Virus record (IMG/VR): IMGVR_UViG_3300048902_000105
Coordinates: 1 to 48,617 of that record
Strand: one strand, 5' to 3'
Length of the DNA: 48,617 bases
DNA from: a virus
Taxonomy: Duplodnaviria; Caudoviricetes
The notes beneath the pieces are model-generated. The model worked only from the letters and a program-made list of their open reading frames with translations. It made no database searches and was not told the origin of the DNA. Below are positions 15,442-25,442 of the stretch, piece after piece (position 1 is the first letter of the stretch; the number at the start of each line of letters is the position of its first letter). Both the position numbers and the translations under genes were made by a program.

Positions 15442-18400
15442 TCAGCGGGCCTTGGCCGGCGCCTCGCCCTGGGTCTTGTATTGGTGCCCCCGGTAGCCCA
15501 GGAGCCCCACGCCGCTCGCCGCCGCCGCGCCGCCGATGGCGATCTTACCGGCGCCGGGAACGACCTTCAGCAAGGGCATCAGCAGGTCATCGGTGAGCCC
15601 CATCATCCAGGACGGCACGCCCCCGGCGGCGGCGTTCTCGGCCTTGGTGACTGACTCCTCGCCGGGCAGCGGCGGCAGGTCGGGCAAGGGCGGCGGCGCG
15701 TAGGGGTCCTTGGGTTCCTTCTTGATCGTCGTGCCGCGCTCCCCGGCGATGACGTCGGTGATCGCCCGGCTCACGCTGGTCGACGTGCCCGCCACCGATG
15801 CCAGGGATATGAGCCCGGACAGGGGTCCCCCCTCCGGGAGCATGGTGGATAGCTTGGTGAGGCCGGCGAGGAACGCCGGCTTGGCGGTGAGTTGCCCCAG
15901 CGCCTGCACGGCGTTGTAGACCTCGGTGTTCGTCCCGGTGCCGCCGCCGCCGATGGCGTGGCCCACCCCTCGGACGATGTCCACGAGGTAGCGCATCTCG
16001 GTGGCGAGGTAGGGACCCATGGCTAGCGACGACAGGTCCGACGTGTAGCGCAGGCTGGTCAGCGCCTGCCCCACGGCGTCCAGGGGACCGGCCATGCCCG
16101 ACGCGCTGACGGTGTTGGAGAGCAGCCAGTCGAACAGGTCGCCGTCGTCTTCGTGCTTGCGCCACGCCGGATGGTTGAACAGGTAGGTGCGCGGGACATA
16201 CATGAGCCCGGTTCCGGCCAGCAGCGCCATGCCGGCGACAGCCGTTCCCACCCAGGATTTGAACCTTGCCGCCTCGGCCTGGAACGCCGCGCCCGTGGGG
16301 TTGGCCCCGGCGGCGATCTGGCGGTCCCACTCGCGCTGTCTGGCGTGGCCCGCCTTGTGCAGCACCGGCTCCATGATGTTGCGCCAGAAGCCGTATGGGA
16401 ACGCGGTCAGTTGCGCCAGCATGTTCACCATCGGGTTCTGCAACGCCCCCATGGGCTTCTCAGCCGCCGTGGGATCTTGCGACATGCGGTTGAGCATCCG
16501 GTTCGCGGTGACGTTGTAGAGTTCACCCATTGGGTGGTTGGCGAGTGCTTCGCGCGTGGGCAGGTCCGGGAACTGGTCCAGGAAAGCCCGCATTTTGGGC
16601 ATCTGTTCGTCGTTGATGAACCAGTCCCGCAGCAAGGTCCTGGCATCGTCCTGGCGGTTTAACTGGTGGCGCCCCTTGGCCGGGTCCGTGGCCAGCCGCA
16701 GGAGCGTCTTCATGTGGTCGGTCCCGGCGCCCAGCGTCGCCGCCCTGATCCAGCGCACGGCGGGGCTCAGCGCCAGTTCAAAATAGTTGTGCATGAACTT
16801 TTCAATGGTGGGCGAGCCGGCGTAGTCGCTGAAGCGGGACGCCGACGCCGCGCCCTGAAGCCGGGACTGGGTGCCACCGATGGCGCGCAGAAGGGCCATG
16901 CGCTCGGCGGCGGACCCCGTCCTGAGCGCGGCGCCGGCCATGCGGCTGAAGGTGCCGAACAGCATCTTCGGGCTACCGCCGGCCAGGAGCGTGCCGAACG
17001 GCTCGCCTATCGCGCTGATCGAGGCGCCGGGCAGGGTAATGAGCGCGCCCAGCGCCGATGTCATGTTGGTGATCCGCTCCAGCGCCGGGTTGGCGTTGCG
17101 CATCGAGCGGCCCGTGACGGTCTCGACGATCTGCTTGATCGGCTCCCCGAAACTCGGGTGCATCCCGCCCAGTTCGATGGCGTCATTGATGGCTTGCTGA
17201 ACGGCTTCGCCGTGCGCGCCGAACAGTTCGTGGAACGCTGTCTTGCGCGCGACGCCGTGGTTATAGCCGGGGATGATGTCCATGACGTTCTGGTGCATCC
17301 AGGCCCGCATGATCTGGTCCGCCTCGGGCGGAAGTGTTCTTCCCTTGAGGAACTTCGAGTCAGGCCCAAGGGTGGCGAACTTCAGCGGATCGCCGGACGC
17401 GATGGCGTCGTAGACGTTCTCGGCCTCGTGCGCGGCCAGTCGGTCCCGGACATGGTCCCGGTGCTGGTCGTGCAGGTCCTGGTTTTCCTGGACCAGCTTG
17501 TCCCGCTCGGCGCGCAGCGCGATGGGGTCGTGCTGGGTCGGGTTCATCGCGCCCCCGGCGGCGAGTTCCGCGTCGATGGCGTCGATCCGCCGCAGGTTGC
17601 GGCCCAGCTTGTTCATGCCGTCCCGGGCGTCCGGGTTGAACAGGCCGCTTCCGCGCACGTCGGCGCTGGTCTCGCGCCACCACTTGTAAAGCCGGGCCGG
17701 TTGCTCGGTGTCGGGCCGCGCGCTCAGATCCTTGTCGAAAATGACCTGGTTGAGTTTGGCCCGGTCCCGGACGAACCCCACGTGATCCGCCAGGATGGCC
17801 TTGTCGTTGTAGACGCGCGGGAAGTAGCCGCTTTTGGCGTAGCCGATATCCATGCCGGCGGCTTTCATCCGGTCATATTGGGCGTCCAGGACATGCGAGC
17901 GGATCGCCGCCGCCGCCCGCCTGATTTCAGGCGGGATCGCCACCCTGGGACCGGCGCCGGTCAGGTCGTGCGCGTTCCTGGGGTAGGTCATTTCGCCCGT
18001 GGTCAGGGTGTGCCTGAGCATGGCGTTCTGTTCCGCCGTCAGGCGGGGCCGGCGCGTGATCCGGCCCACCAGCCCATTGTCTTTCAGGATGTCCTCGAAC
18101 TCGGACGTGCTGGGGCGCTCGTAGGCGCGGACGCGTTCCTCGTAGGTGCGCCCGATAAGCCGCCCGGTCCCGGGGTCGACGCCCAGCTTGTCCCGCAGCG
18201 CCTGGACGTAGGGCCGCGCTTTGGGGGCGATCTGGCGGATGATCCGCTCCAGGTTTCCCAGCGCCGAGTTCCACGTCATGGCGATGTCGTCGGCCTTGCG
18301 CACGGCGAGGCCCTTGGGCTCGGGGATGCCCTGTTTCACCCCCTTGCGCGTGTCGTAGGTGGGCGGCGGCGGGGGCGCGTGCGGGTCGGTGAACACGGGC

Positions 18401-21400
18401 TCGTGGTCGCCGTGGCGCAGGTTCGACCAGCGCAGCGCGTTCAGGTCCTCGCGGATACTGGTGAGGAAACCGGGCTTCATGTCCGCCGGGCGCGCGGCCC
18501 AGGGGCGTAGGGTGTGCGTCTCGCTGGTGGGCGTCGCCACCGGCTGGCCCCGGCTCAGCGTGGATGCGTGTTGCAGTTCGGTGGTGAGTTCATCGAACGC
18601 GTGGAACATGTCCAACCGGTCCATCCAGTTGGGGTATCGGTGGCGGATTTCGGCCAGCGCGCGGTCCTGGTAGGCTTTGTTCGATTTGACCACGCCCGCC
18701 GTGTCGTGCCCCGCCGCTTCCATGCGATAGGCGGTGTAAGCCTCGCCCACCCGGGCGAATAGTTCATGGTAACTTGCCCAGTATTGTGGGCTGGGACCGT
18801 GCAAAGCCTCGGTGCGCAGGTCGGACGGTCCGATGCGCAGCTTCGAGACGCCCTTGTCCAGGTTCTCCAGTTCAGCCCGCGCCGCCAACGCGCTCTTGGT
18901 GGGCTGTCCCGCCTTGGTCGTCTTGTTCGCGGTCTGCTCAAGCCGTAACCGGCGCAGCATTTCCTCGCCCCGGTTGTAGGACATGGCGTTCAGCACGCGC
19001 GCGAACGCGCTTTGCACGGGGTCCCTGGGGTCCAGCGCGCCGGCTTTGGCGCTCCAGGACAGAAGCTGCTTGCGGTTCGGGTTGCCGTGCAGCAGATCGG
19101 TCAGATAGTCGTCGATGGCGTGCCAGTGTTCGTGCGCGTAGCTGTTGGAGCCGCCTGAAATATGGATCGTCTTGTCCGCGAAACTGTAGGAGCCATACCA
19201 GTTTTCGCCCTTGAAGTTGTAGGGCACGAGATGCAGCCCCAGGCGCCCGTTGAGGGCGACGGTCTCGCGCGACCAGCCCAGCCCCGCCGCCATGTTGTTC
19301 ATGTTCTGGTGCATGTTGAGCAACTGGTCCCGGACGATCTTCGGGTCCACGCCGGGTTCTACTTCGACTTTGGTGAAGCCGTATTCATCCTCCATTTGCT
19401 TGGACAGGACTTTGACCTGTTCCTCGACGGGCGCGTTAATCATGGTCTCCGGGTCGCGCCCGGAGCCGGCCAGCGCGTCGTGGAAAGCCTTGCGATACTC
19501 GGGGGTCCCGGGGCTGTAGGCGTAGTCCTTGAAGGTGAGCGGGTCGCCCACCTGGGGCGTGACCACGGGATCATGCTCGGGCCGGGCGCGCACCCGGGGC
19601 GGCAAGGGCTCGGGCTCGCCCGGCGCCGGGGCCTTGCGCCGGTAGCCCCGGCGCGAGGCCAGCGTGTCATCCACGTGCTGATCGGCCAGCCGTTCGGCGT
19701 CCAGCAGCCCGCCCTGTCCCGGGGGTGCTTTGCCCTTGGTGGCGGCGGCGGCGTCCCGGGCGTCGTTGATGCCCTTCAGGATCTGCTCGGGGGTGAGGGG
19801 CTTGTTCCCGGGCAGCAGGCCCTTGGGCTCGGCCTCGCTGGCGGCGACGCGCGCGTATTGCCGCAGGGTGTCGGCCATCGCCGTGCGGGACGCCGCCCTG
19901 GTCCCCGCCGGGTTGTGCATGGTCCTGATGAGTTCGGCGGTGATCGGATGCAGCGGATCGAACGCGTCCGACTGGTTCAGGATGTCATCCCGCTTGATGC
20001 CGCGCTCGCGGGCGATGCGGACCTTCTCAGCGGCGTCGGCTATGTTCGACGCGATGTCATACTCTTTGGGCAGGCCCGTGTTCTCGATGTGGGACCGGAG
20101 TTTGGCGATGGCCGGCGCGGCGTCGGCCATGGCGCCTGAGATGCCCCGGATTTCGTCGTTGGTGCTTTCCAGGCCCCGCGCCAGGGTCCCCTTGTCGCCG
20201 TAGGCACGGGCCAGGATCGCCGCGTTCAGGCGCCGCACGCCCTCGGCGGACAGATATCCGTCCGCGTCCTGCACCCGGTTATGCTCGGTCTGGGGCAGGC
20301 CCTGGACCCAGCGGTTCACGAAGTCGCGGTTCGCCGCCGACGTGATTTCCTTCTCCGGGTCCAGCGTGGCCAGATGGTCGTGGGTGAGATTTGACGCATC
20401 CACCTGGGCCTGTTCCGGCGCCGACATGGCCTGCGTTGCCGAGACGTTCGCCTCTTGCACGAAACTCTTGCGTTCGGTCTCGGTCATGGGCGTGACACGC
20501 CGACGCACCAGGACCGGCGCTTCCATGTTCGACACGTCCTGGCCGGTGACACGCCGGACCATGTCTCGGTAAGCCTGGGACCTCGCGCGGTCCTCGGGGC
20601 TGTCCCCGGCATGGATGCGCTTCAGGACCTCGACGCGGTTATTGCCCGCCTCGATGGTGTTCATGGGGTCTTCTTTGACCGGGCCGATGATCGGCGCGCC
20701 TCGGTCGGCCTCGGGCGAGGCGTGCAGTCTTTCGGGGTCGAACTTCGCGTAGATGTCGTTTTGCTGGGCCTGCGCCGCGATGCGATCCTGACGGTTCCTC
20801 GGCTGTAGATCGCCCGACGCCGGGGTGAGAGCATCCGCCGGGCGGACCTCCCATTTGTAGTCCACCTTGCGGCCCGTGGACGTGGACGTGGTCTCGGTGG
20901 GACGTTCCTGCTCGGTCCATTTAACGAGCCTGTCACGCCAGCTTTCGCCCGGCTTCAGGGGCTCCTTGGAGCCCGTCGAAAGGGCGTCGCGGTAGGCTTC
21001 GTCCGGCGCGTTGGCGCGATCCAGTTCGGCTAACTTATAGGCGGGGGTGCCCGGCGTTTCGTGCGCGGGGCGCGTTGTTGAGGTTGAGTCAGACCCCGGG
21101 GCAGGCTCCGCGACCGGTGTGGACTCTGGTGGCGTGGCTTGTCCCGGGACAGGTTCGCGCTGTCCCGGGACCGGCTCTGTCCCGGGCTCTACTCTGGGGG
21201 CGGTGGCGCCGGGGGCTGGGGTTGGTTCCTGGGCAGGAGGGGCTGGCTCGGGTCGAACGACGTTCGTGTCTGGCTCCGGGACAGGTTGCCCTGCTGGCCG
21301 GGTTTCATCCACGGGAACAGTTCCAGTTGGACGGGCGGTCGGCTCCACACCAGGACCAGCCCCGGGGGCAACATGGGCGGGAGGTTCTGGGATGAGCGGG

Positions 21401-22665
21401 GTTCGGCCCGTTCCTGGTTCTGCTGGGCGGGGTTGGGCTGTGATATCATCGGGGGGTGTCCCTGGTTGGGGTGAGGGTATTCCAGGCGCAGGCGTCGGCA
21501 CGGCCTCGCCCGGGACCCCTGCTTCAGGCGGGGGGCGGACCAGATCGGTGAAAGGCGTGGGTTGTGGGGTTTGGGTGGGTGCTTGTTCCGTTGACGGTTC
21601 TGTCGCTGGCGGCGCTTGTCCTGGCGGTGGTGGCGCTGATCCTGGCTCGCCGCTGGTGACGGGACCGCCGCGCAGCCGCGTGGCGAGTTGGCTCCCATAG
21701 TGCGGGCCATAGTGCATCACGCCCCCGGCGAGACCCCCGCCGATGGCGTTCTCGATGGCGCCCTGGATCATCTCGTCGGCGGACGGCGCGGGCTGACCCG
21801 TTACCGCCGGGTCGATCACGCCCTGCTTGACGGCGCCGGTCGCGGGACCGGTGACAGCCGCATGGAACAGAAGGTTGCCCACGACGGATTTCATCGCACG
21901 CAGACCGAACAAGGGCGCGGTGGCCCCCGTGAACGCGCCTGACGCTTCGGCCACGTGGTATGCCTGATTGACGGCGGCGTCGTGATCGAGGCCCTGGCGC
22001 AGCGCGTCCTGGTAAGCCGGGATCAGGCTCTGCGCGAAGTCGGTCACGGCGCCCCCAATGGCGCCGCCGCCCAGGCCACCGATGGCGGTGCCCCATGGCC
22101 CCGCCGGGGTGCCCGCCGCCGCGCCGAGATAAGTGCCCAGCGCCATGCCGCCCAGCGTGGGCGCGCCGTGCGCCAGCCCGTAGCCCACCCGGCCCATGAA
22201 CGTCCGCTCGGGCTCCGGGGGCGGTGCTTCGGTGGCGCTGAACGCCTGCCCGGCGGCGAGTTGCTTCGCTTCCCGCCCGGCGGCGCCTATCCCGCTCAGC
22301 ACGCCCGAGACAAACCCCGGGCGCGTGTCAGGCGCTTCCGGCGGCGCGTTGGGGTCTGGCGGCGGCGTGAAGATATCCCCCAGCCCGGTCATCGGCATGG
22401 GTTGTGGCGTGGACGTGGCAGGCGCGGGCGGCGTCGGCTGCGCGCTGACCGGCTCCCACTCGTCAGCCGGGATCAGCGGTCGACCGGAGGGCGCCCCGGC
22501 CTGGGACGCCGGCTGGGGGCTTGTGGGACCAGAGACAGGTTCCCACTCGTCCGCCGGGATCAGTGGTCTGGGCGGCCCGGCCTGGGGCGGCGGCGGCGTC
22601 GGCTGAGCGGTGACAGGTCGCCACTCGTCCGCCGGGATCAGCGCGCCGTCCAGCGGCGGCGGCAT
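15442..22665 (-). CDS. Giant internal virion / polyvalent protein (2407 aa) with ddrB-like ParB and LPD1-like domains
   Basis: Last gene of the virion operon; LQPRNR...GAPII...EAGNNR; SYAHEHWHAIDDY and ELFAR..EAY. Confidence 0.75.
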   Translation of the reverse strand: MPPPLDGALIPADEWRPVTAQPTPPPPQAGPPRPLIPADEWEPVSGPTSPQPASQAGAPSGRPLIPADEWEPVSAQPTPPAPATSTPQPMPMTGLGDIFTPPPDPNAPPEAPDTRPGFVSGVLSGIGAAGREAKQLAAGQAFSATEAPPPEPERTFMGRVGYGLAHGAPTLGGMALGTYLGAAAGTPAGPWGTAIGGLGGGAIGGAVTDFAQSLIPAYQDALRQGLDHDAAVNQAYHVAEASGAFTGATAPLFGLRAMKSVVGNLLFHAAVTGPATGAVKQGVIDPAVTGQPAPSADEMIQGAIENAIGGGLAGGVMHYGPHYGSQLATRLRGGPVTSGEPGSAPPPPGQAPPATEPSTEQAPTQTPQPTPFTDLVRPPPEAGVPGEAVPTPAPGIPSPQPGTPPDDITAQPRPAEPGTGRTPLIPEPPAHVAPGAGPGVEPTARPTGTVPVDETRPAGQPVPEPDTNVVRPEPAPPAQEPTPAPGATAPRVEPGTEPVPGQREPVPGQATPPESTPVAEPAPGSDSTSTTRPAHETPGTPAYKLAELDRANAPDEAYRDALSTGSKEPLKPGESWRDRLVKWTEQERPTETTSTSTGRKVDYKWEVRPADALTPASGDLQPRNRQDRIAAQAQQNDIYAKFDPERLHASPEADRGAPIIGPVKEDPMNTIEAGNNRVEVLKRIHAGDSPEDRARSQAYRDMVRRVTGQDVSNMEAPVLVRRRVTPMTETERKSFVQEANVSATQAMSAPEQAQVDASNLTHDHLATLDPEKEITSAANRDFVNRWVQGLPQTEHNRVQDADGYLSAEGVRRLNAAILARAYGDKGTLARGLESTNDEIRGISGAMADAAPAIAKLRSHIENTGLPKEYDIASNIADAAEKVRIARERGIKRDDILNQSDAFDPLHPITAELIRTMHNPAGTRAASRTAMADTLRQYARVAASEAEPKGLLPGNKPLTPEQILKGINDARDAAAATKGKAPPGQGGLLDAERLADQHVDDTLASRRGYRRKAPAPGEPEPLPPRVRARPEHDPVVTPQVGDPLTFKDYAYSPGTPEYRKAFHDALAGSGRDPETMINAPVEEQVKVLSKQMEDEYGFTKVEVEPGVDPKIVRDQLLNMHQNMNNMAAGLGWSRETVALNGRLGLHLVPYNFKGENWYGSYSFADKTIHISGGSNSYAHEHWHAIDDYLTDLLHGNPNRKQLLSWSAKAGALDPRDPVQSAFARVLNAMSYNRGEEMLRRLRLEQTANKTTKAGQPTKSALAARAELENLDKGVSKLRIGPSDLRTEALHGPSPQYWASYHELFARVGEAYTAYRMEAAGHDTAGVVKSNKAYQDRALAEIRHRYPNWMDRLDMFHAFDELTTELQHASTLSRGQPVATPTSETHTLRPWAARPADMKPGFLTSIREDLNALRWSNLRHGDHEPVFTDPHAPPPPPTYDTRKGVKQGIPEPKGLAVRKADDIAMTWNSALGNLERIIRQIAPKARPYVQALRDKLGVDPGTGRLIGRTYEERVRAYERPSTSEFEDILKDNGLVGRITRRPRLTAEQNAMLRHTLTTGEMTYPRNAHDLTGAGPRVAIPPEIRRAAAAIRSHVLDAQYDRMKAAGMDIGYAKSGYFPRVYNDKAILADHVGFVRDRAKLNQVIFDKDLSARPDTEQPARLYKWWRETSADVRGSGLFNPDARDGMNKLGRNLRRIDAIDAELAAGGAMNPTQHDPIALRAERDKLVQENQDLHDQHRDHVRDRLAAHEAENVYDAIASGDPLKFATLGPDSKFLKGRTLPPEADQIMRAWMHQNVMDIIPGYNHGVARKTAFHELFGAHGEAVQQAINDAIELGGMHPSFGEPIKQIVETVTGRSMRNANPALERITNMTSALGALITLPGASISAIGEPFGTLLAGGSPKMLFGTFSRMAGAALRTGSAAERMALLRAIGGTQSRLQGAASASRFSDYAGSPTIEKFMHNYFELALSPAVRWIRAATLGAGTDHMKTLLRLATDPAKGRHQLNRQDDARTLLRDWFINDEQMPKMRAFLDQFPDLPTREALANHPMGELYNVTANRMLNRMSQDPTAAEKPMGALQNPMVNMLAQLTAFPYGFWRNIMEPVLHKAGHARQREWDRQIAAGANPTGAAFQAEAARFKSWVGTAVAGMALLAGTGLMYVPRTYLFNHPAWRKHEDDGDLFDWLLSNTVSASGMAGPLDAVGQALTSLRYTSDLSSLAMGPYLATEMRYLVDIVRGVGHAIGGGGTGTNTEVYNAVQALGQLTAKPAFLAGLTKLSTMLPEGGPLSGLISLASVAGTSTSVSRAITDVIAGERGTTIKKEPKDPYAPPPLPDLPPLPGEESVTKAENAAAGGVPSWMMGLTDDLLMPLLKVVPGAGKIAIGGAAAASGVGLLGYRGHQYKTQGEAPAKAR
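22445..22645 (-). repeat. Three copies of LIPADEW(E/R)PV at the giant-protein N-terminus
   Basis: Visible in both translation and DNA. Confidence 0.85.
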
Positions 22666-23235
22666 CTAAGCGAAGCCCTGGGCGCGCCGCGCGGCCTGGG
22701 TGAACGCATCCGCGAGCGACGTGGGAGCGCCCAGCGGGTTGGGTTGGTCTGGCGGCGGCGGCAAGGGCAGGGGAGGACCGGCGGGTGCCGCCGCCGCCAT
22801 CAGCGTGCCGGCTGGCGCGTCCGGCCCCGCTGATGGGAAAGGGCTCGCTGGGGCGGGAGGACCGCCGCCGCTGCCGCCCATGATCTTCGCGACATAGTTC
22901 CGGGTCTCGGCGGGCAGGTTGCCGACGCCGTTCCGCTCCACGTTGCCCGGCCCCCAGTTGTAGGCCGCGAGCGCGTGCGTGTAGTCACCGCCGAACCGGT
23001 TGAGATGCTGGCGCATGTAGAGCGCCGCCGCCGGGATCGCCTGAGACGGGTCCATCGGGTCGATGCCCAGGCCGCGCGCGGTGGCCGGCATGAACTGCGC
23101 GATGCCGGCGGCGCCGGACGGGTTGCGCGCGTTCGGGTTGAGCCCGCTTTCCGCCACCAGTTGCCGGCGGAATATGTCGGGGTCCAGGTTGTATTTCTGG
23201 GCCGCGCCCTGGATCAGGTCATCTATGCCGCTCAC
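22666..23235 (-). CDS. Lytic transglycosylase (SLT domain), probably virion-associated
   Basis: AESG, GIAQFMP, ALAAYNWGPG motifs. Confidence 0.9.
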   Translation of the reverse strand: MSGIDDLIQGAAQKYNLDPDIFRRQLVAESGLNPNARNPSGAAGIAQFMPATARGLGIDPMDPSQAIPAAALYMRQHLNRFGGDYTHALAAYNWGPGNVERNGVGNLPAETRNYVAKIMGGSGGGPPAPASPFPSAGPDAPAGTLMAAAAPAGPPLPLPPPPDQPNPLGAPTSLADAFTQAARRAQGFA

Positions 23236-25439
23236 TGCCCGGCGGTCCCTGGCGCCGGGAAGACAAAGCCTCCACGCACCACGCCATTGGTGCCGTTCTT
23301 CGCGCGCAGGATGGTCCCGTCAGCGGCGCCCGCCGGGGCCACGCCCACCGCGCCCGGTGGGACCGCTTTGGGGTCAACCGGCGGCGTGGTCGGAGCGGGC
23401 GGTGCCGTCGTCTTCGGCGCCACGGTATCGACCAGGGATTTCGGTCCCGGGGTTGGCTCCGAAGTCGGCTGTGGCGGCTTGAACCCGGACGGCGCCGCGC
23501 GGGGACCACCGCCGGGCCAGACAAGGTTCTTCACGTTCGCCATGTTGCCGCCGACGATCAGGTTAGGCTTGTCGCCGCCGCTCAGCCTCGGGTCCTCGTT
23601 AACAGCCAGCCCCACGCCGACATTCCGGGCGGTGGTGGGGTCGTCCAGGATCTTCGCTTCACGCATCATATCCCAGGCATGGGTCGCGGCGGCGGCTGGA
23701 TTGTTGCGGAAACTCGTGAGTTCCAGTTGCCGGGCGATGTTGTCGTGCAAGGCCCGCATATCCTCGCGCGGCACGGCGGGTTTGGTCGACGTGTTGACGT
23801 GTGACCCGCTTGGCACCGGATACATTTCCTGAAAATGCTGAGTGCTAAGCCCGGTGATCCGCTGCTGCTGTTCGGGCGTGATGGTCTGTCTCGGGACCTG
23901 CGCCTGCTGCGACCGCTGAAACGCCTCAGTGACCGTGTCCGTGAGCGGACTGCCTTCCTCGGCCAGCCCTTGAATACGGGTTCCCGCCTGCGCGTTGCCC
24001 TGGTCGGTGGTCTGCGGTCCCACCCGGGTTCCTTCGGCGTTGCGGGACAGGCGCCAGATCGTATGGTGGGTAACCGGGTCCACCGACGCCACCAGAGCGC
24101 CGTCCACCGCCGGGTCGTAGCGGCGACCCAGGCCCGGGTTGGCGCGAAGACCGCCCTCGGTCGTGGTGACAACCTCGCCTTGCGGCGTGACGATGGAGAT
24201 ATTGTTCTTATCGTGCTGAGCCTGTGCCGGCTCGTATGGCGTCTGTCCGGTCGCCGTCGCCTGTCCCGTCGATGTCATGGTGGGCGGCGGCAGGGGACCG
24301 CCCGGCGGGGCCGGCGGCTGCACCGTCACCGGCTGCTGATCGTATTGGTTCTGGGGCCGTCCCATCGCCGGGTTCTTCAGCCACTCGCCTTTCGTGGTCG
24401 GGATGAGCGTCCCGTTTGGCGCGATCACCGTCATGGGCGTGCGGTCATCCGCCGCCTGGGTGACGTTTGGCGCGTGGAACCCGCCTTGCTGCACCTGGGT
24501 CGGCGGCACCAGAAGCGGATGCCCTGGGTTGTTCGGGTCGTCCACCTGGACGGGGTCCAGGTTCCGCAGATTGATCTGGTTCTGGCCCTGGAGCCGGGTA
24601 TTCGCCAGGGTCGTGGCGTTGTTCATGCCGGTGGTCGTGATCTGGGTCGTGGCGTTCAGCGGCGCGCTGTCCCCGGCGCCGGACAGGAACCGCTCGCCCG
24701 TGGCCTTGTCCATGGCGCCGCTCTGGATCTGCCCGTTGATCCAGGACGTGCCCAGGAGTTTCACCACGTTCGGGTCGTAGCCGGCCCTGGCGGCGGTCGC
24801 CATGAGATAGGGTAGGTTGACCATCAAGGGCGCGGGCGAACCGTTCGCCGCCGCCGGGGGTGATTGCATGACCCCGCCGCCGGGTGGTTGCGCGGTGCCC
24901 GGGTGCATCCCGAACGGTCCTGACAAGGACGGGTCAGGCGGCATCGGCTTGCCATCGGTGCCCGTGCCGGACGGCACGGGGGGCGCGCCGCCTGAAACCA
25001 TCTTCGCCAGGAGCGAAGGCAGAACAGCCCCAGGCGGTCCCGGCGAGGGTGTGCCCGGGGGCGCCGGGACGGCGGGCGGAAAGTTGGTCGGCGTGATCGC
25101 CGGTCCCGGGGACCCGGCGCCGGGCTGGGGTGGCGCCTGGGGCGGCGGTGCGCCCGCATTGGTCCCGGGAATGACCAGCCCAGGAGGCGCCTCTGGTCCC
25201 GGCGGCGCCGCCTGTCCTGGTATGGGCGTGGGACCGACGCCCCCTCGCGCCATCAGGTCCTGCAAATACCGCTGCTGGCCCATCTGGTCGCGAAGCTGAT
25301 AGTTTTTGGTCAGAGCCTGCGCGGTTTCGGCGCCGTAATAACCAGCCTGCGCCTGCTTGGACGGATCTGGGAACAGGCTCCCGGCGAGGCTGTTCAGGCC
25401 CTGATCCCAGCCCGCGTTACCGGTGGCGAACATTGGCAT
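23232..25439 (-). CDS. Pro-rich putative internal virion protein (735 aa)
   Basis: Position in the ejection-protein cluster; coupled to neighbours. Confidence 0.65.
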   Translation of the reverse strand: MPMFATGNAGWDQGLNSLAGSLFPDPSKQAQAGYYGAETAQALTKNYQLRDQMGQQRYLQDLMARGGVGPTPIPGQAAPPGPEAPPGLVIPGTNAGAPPPQAPPQPGAGSPGPAITPTNFPPAVPAPPGTPSPGPPGAVLPSLLAKMVSGGAPPVPSGTGTDGKPMPPDPSLSGPFGMHPGTAQPPGGGVMQSPPAAANGSPAPLMVNLPYLMATAARAGYDPNVVKLLGTSWINGQIQSGAMDKATGERFLSGAGDSAPLNATTQITTTGMNNATTLANTRLQGQNQINLRNLDPVQVDDPNNPGHPLLVPPTQVQQGGFHAPNVTQAADDRTPMTVIAPNGTLIPTTKGEWLKNPAMGRPQNQYDQQPVTVQPPAPPGGPLPPPTMTSTGQATATGQTPYEPAQAQHDKNNISIVTPQGEVVTTTEGGLRANPGLGRRYDPAVDGALVASVDPVTHHTIWRLSRNAEGTRVGPQTTDQGNAQAGTRIQGLAEEGSPLTDTVTEAFQRSQQAQVPRQTITPEQQQRITGLSTQHFQEMYPVPSGSHVNTSTKPAVPREDMRALHDNIARQLELTSFRNNPAAAATHAWDMMREAKILDDPTTARNVGVGLAVNEDPRLSGGDKPNLIVGGNMANVKNLVWPGGGPRAAPSGFKPPQPTSEPTPGPKSLVDTVAPKTTAPPAPTTPPVDPKAVPPGAVGVAPAGAADGTILRAKNGTNGVVRGGFVFPAPGTAGQ

Positions 25440-25442
25440 GGC

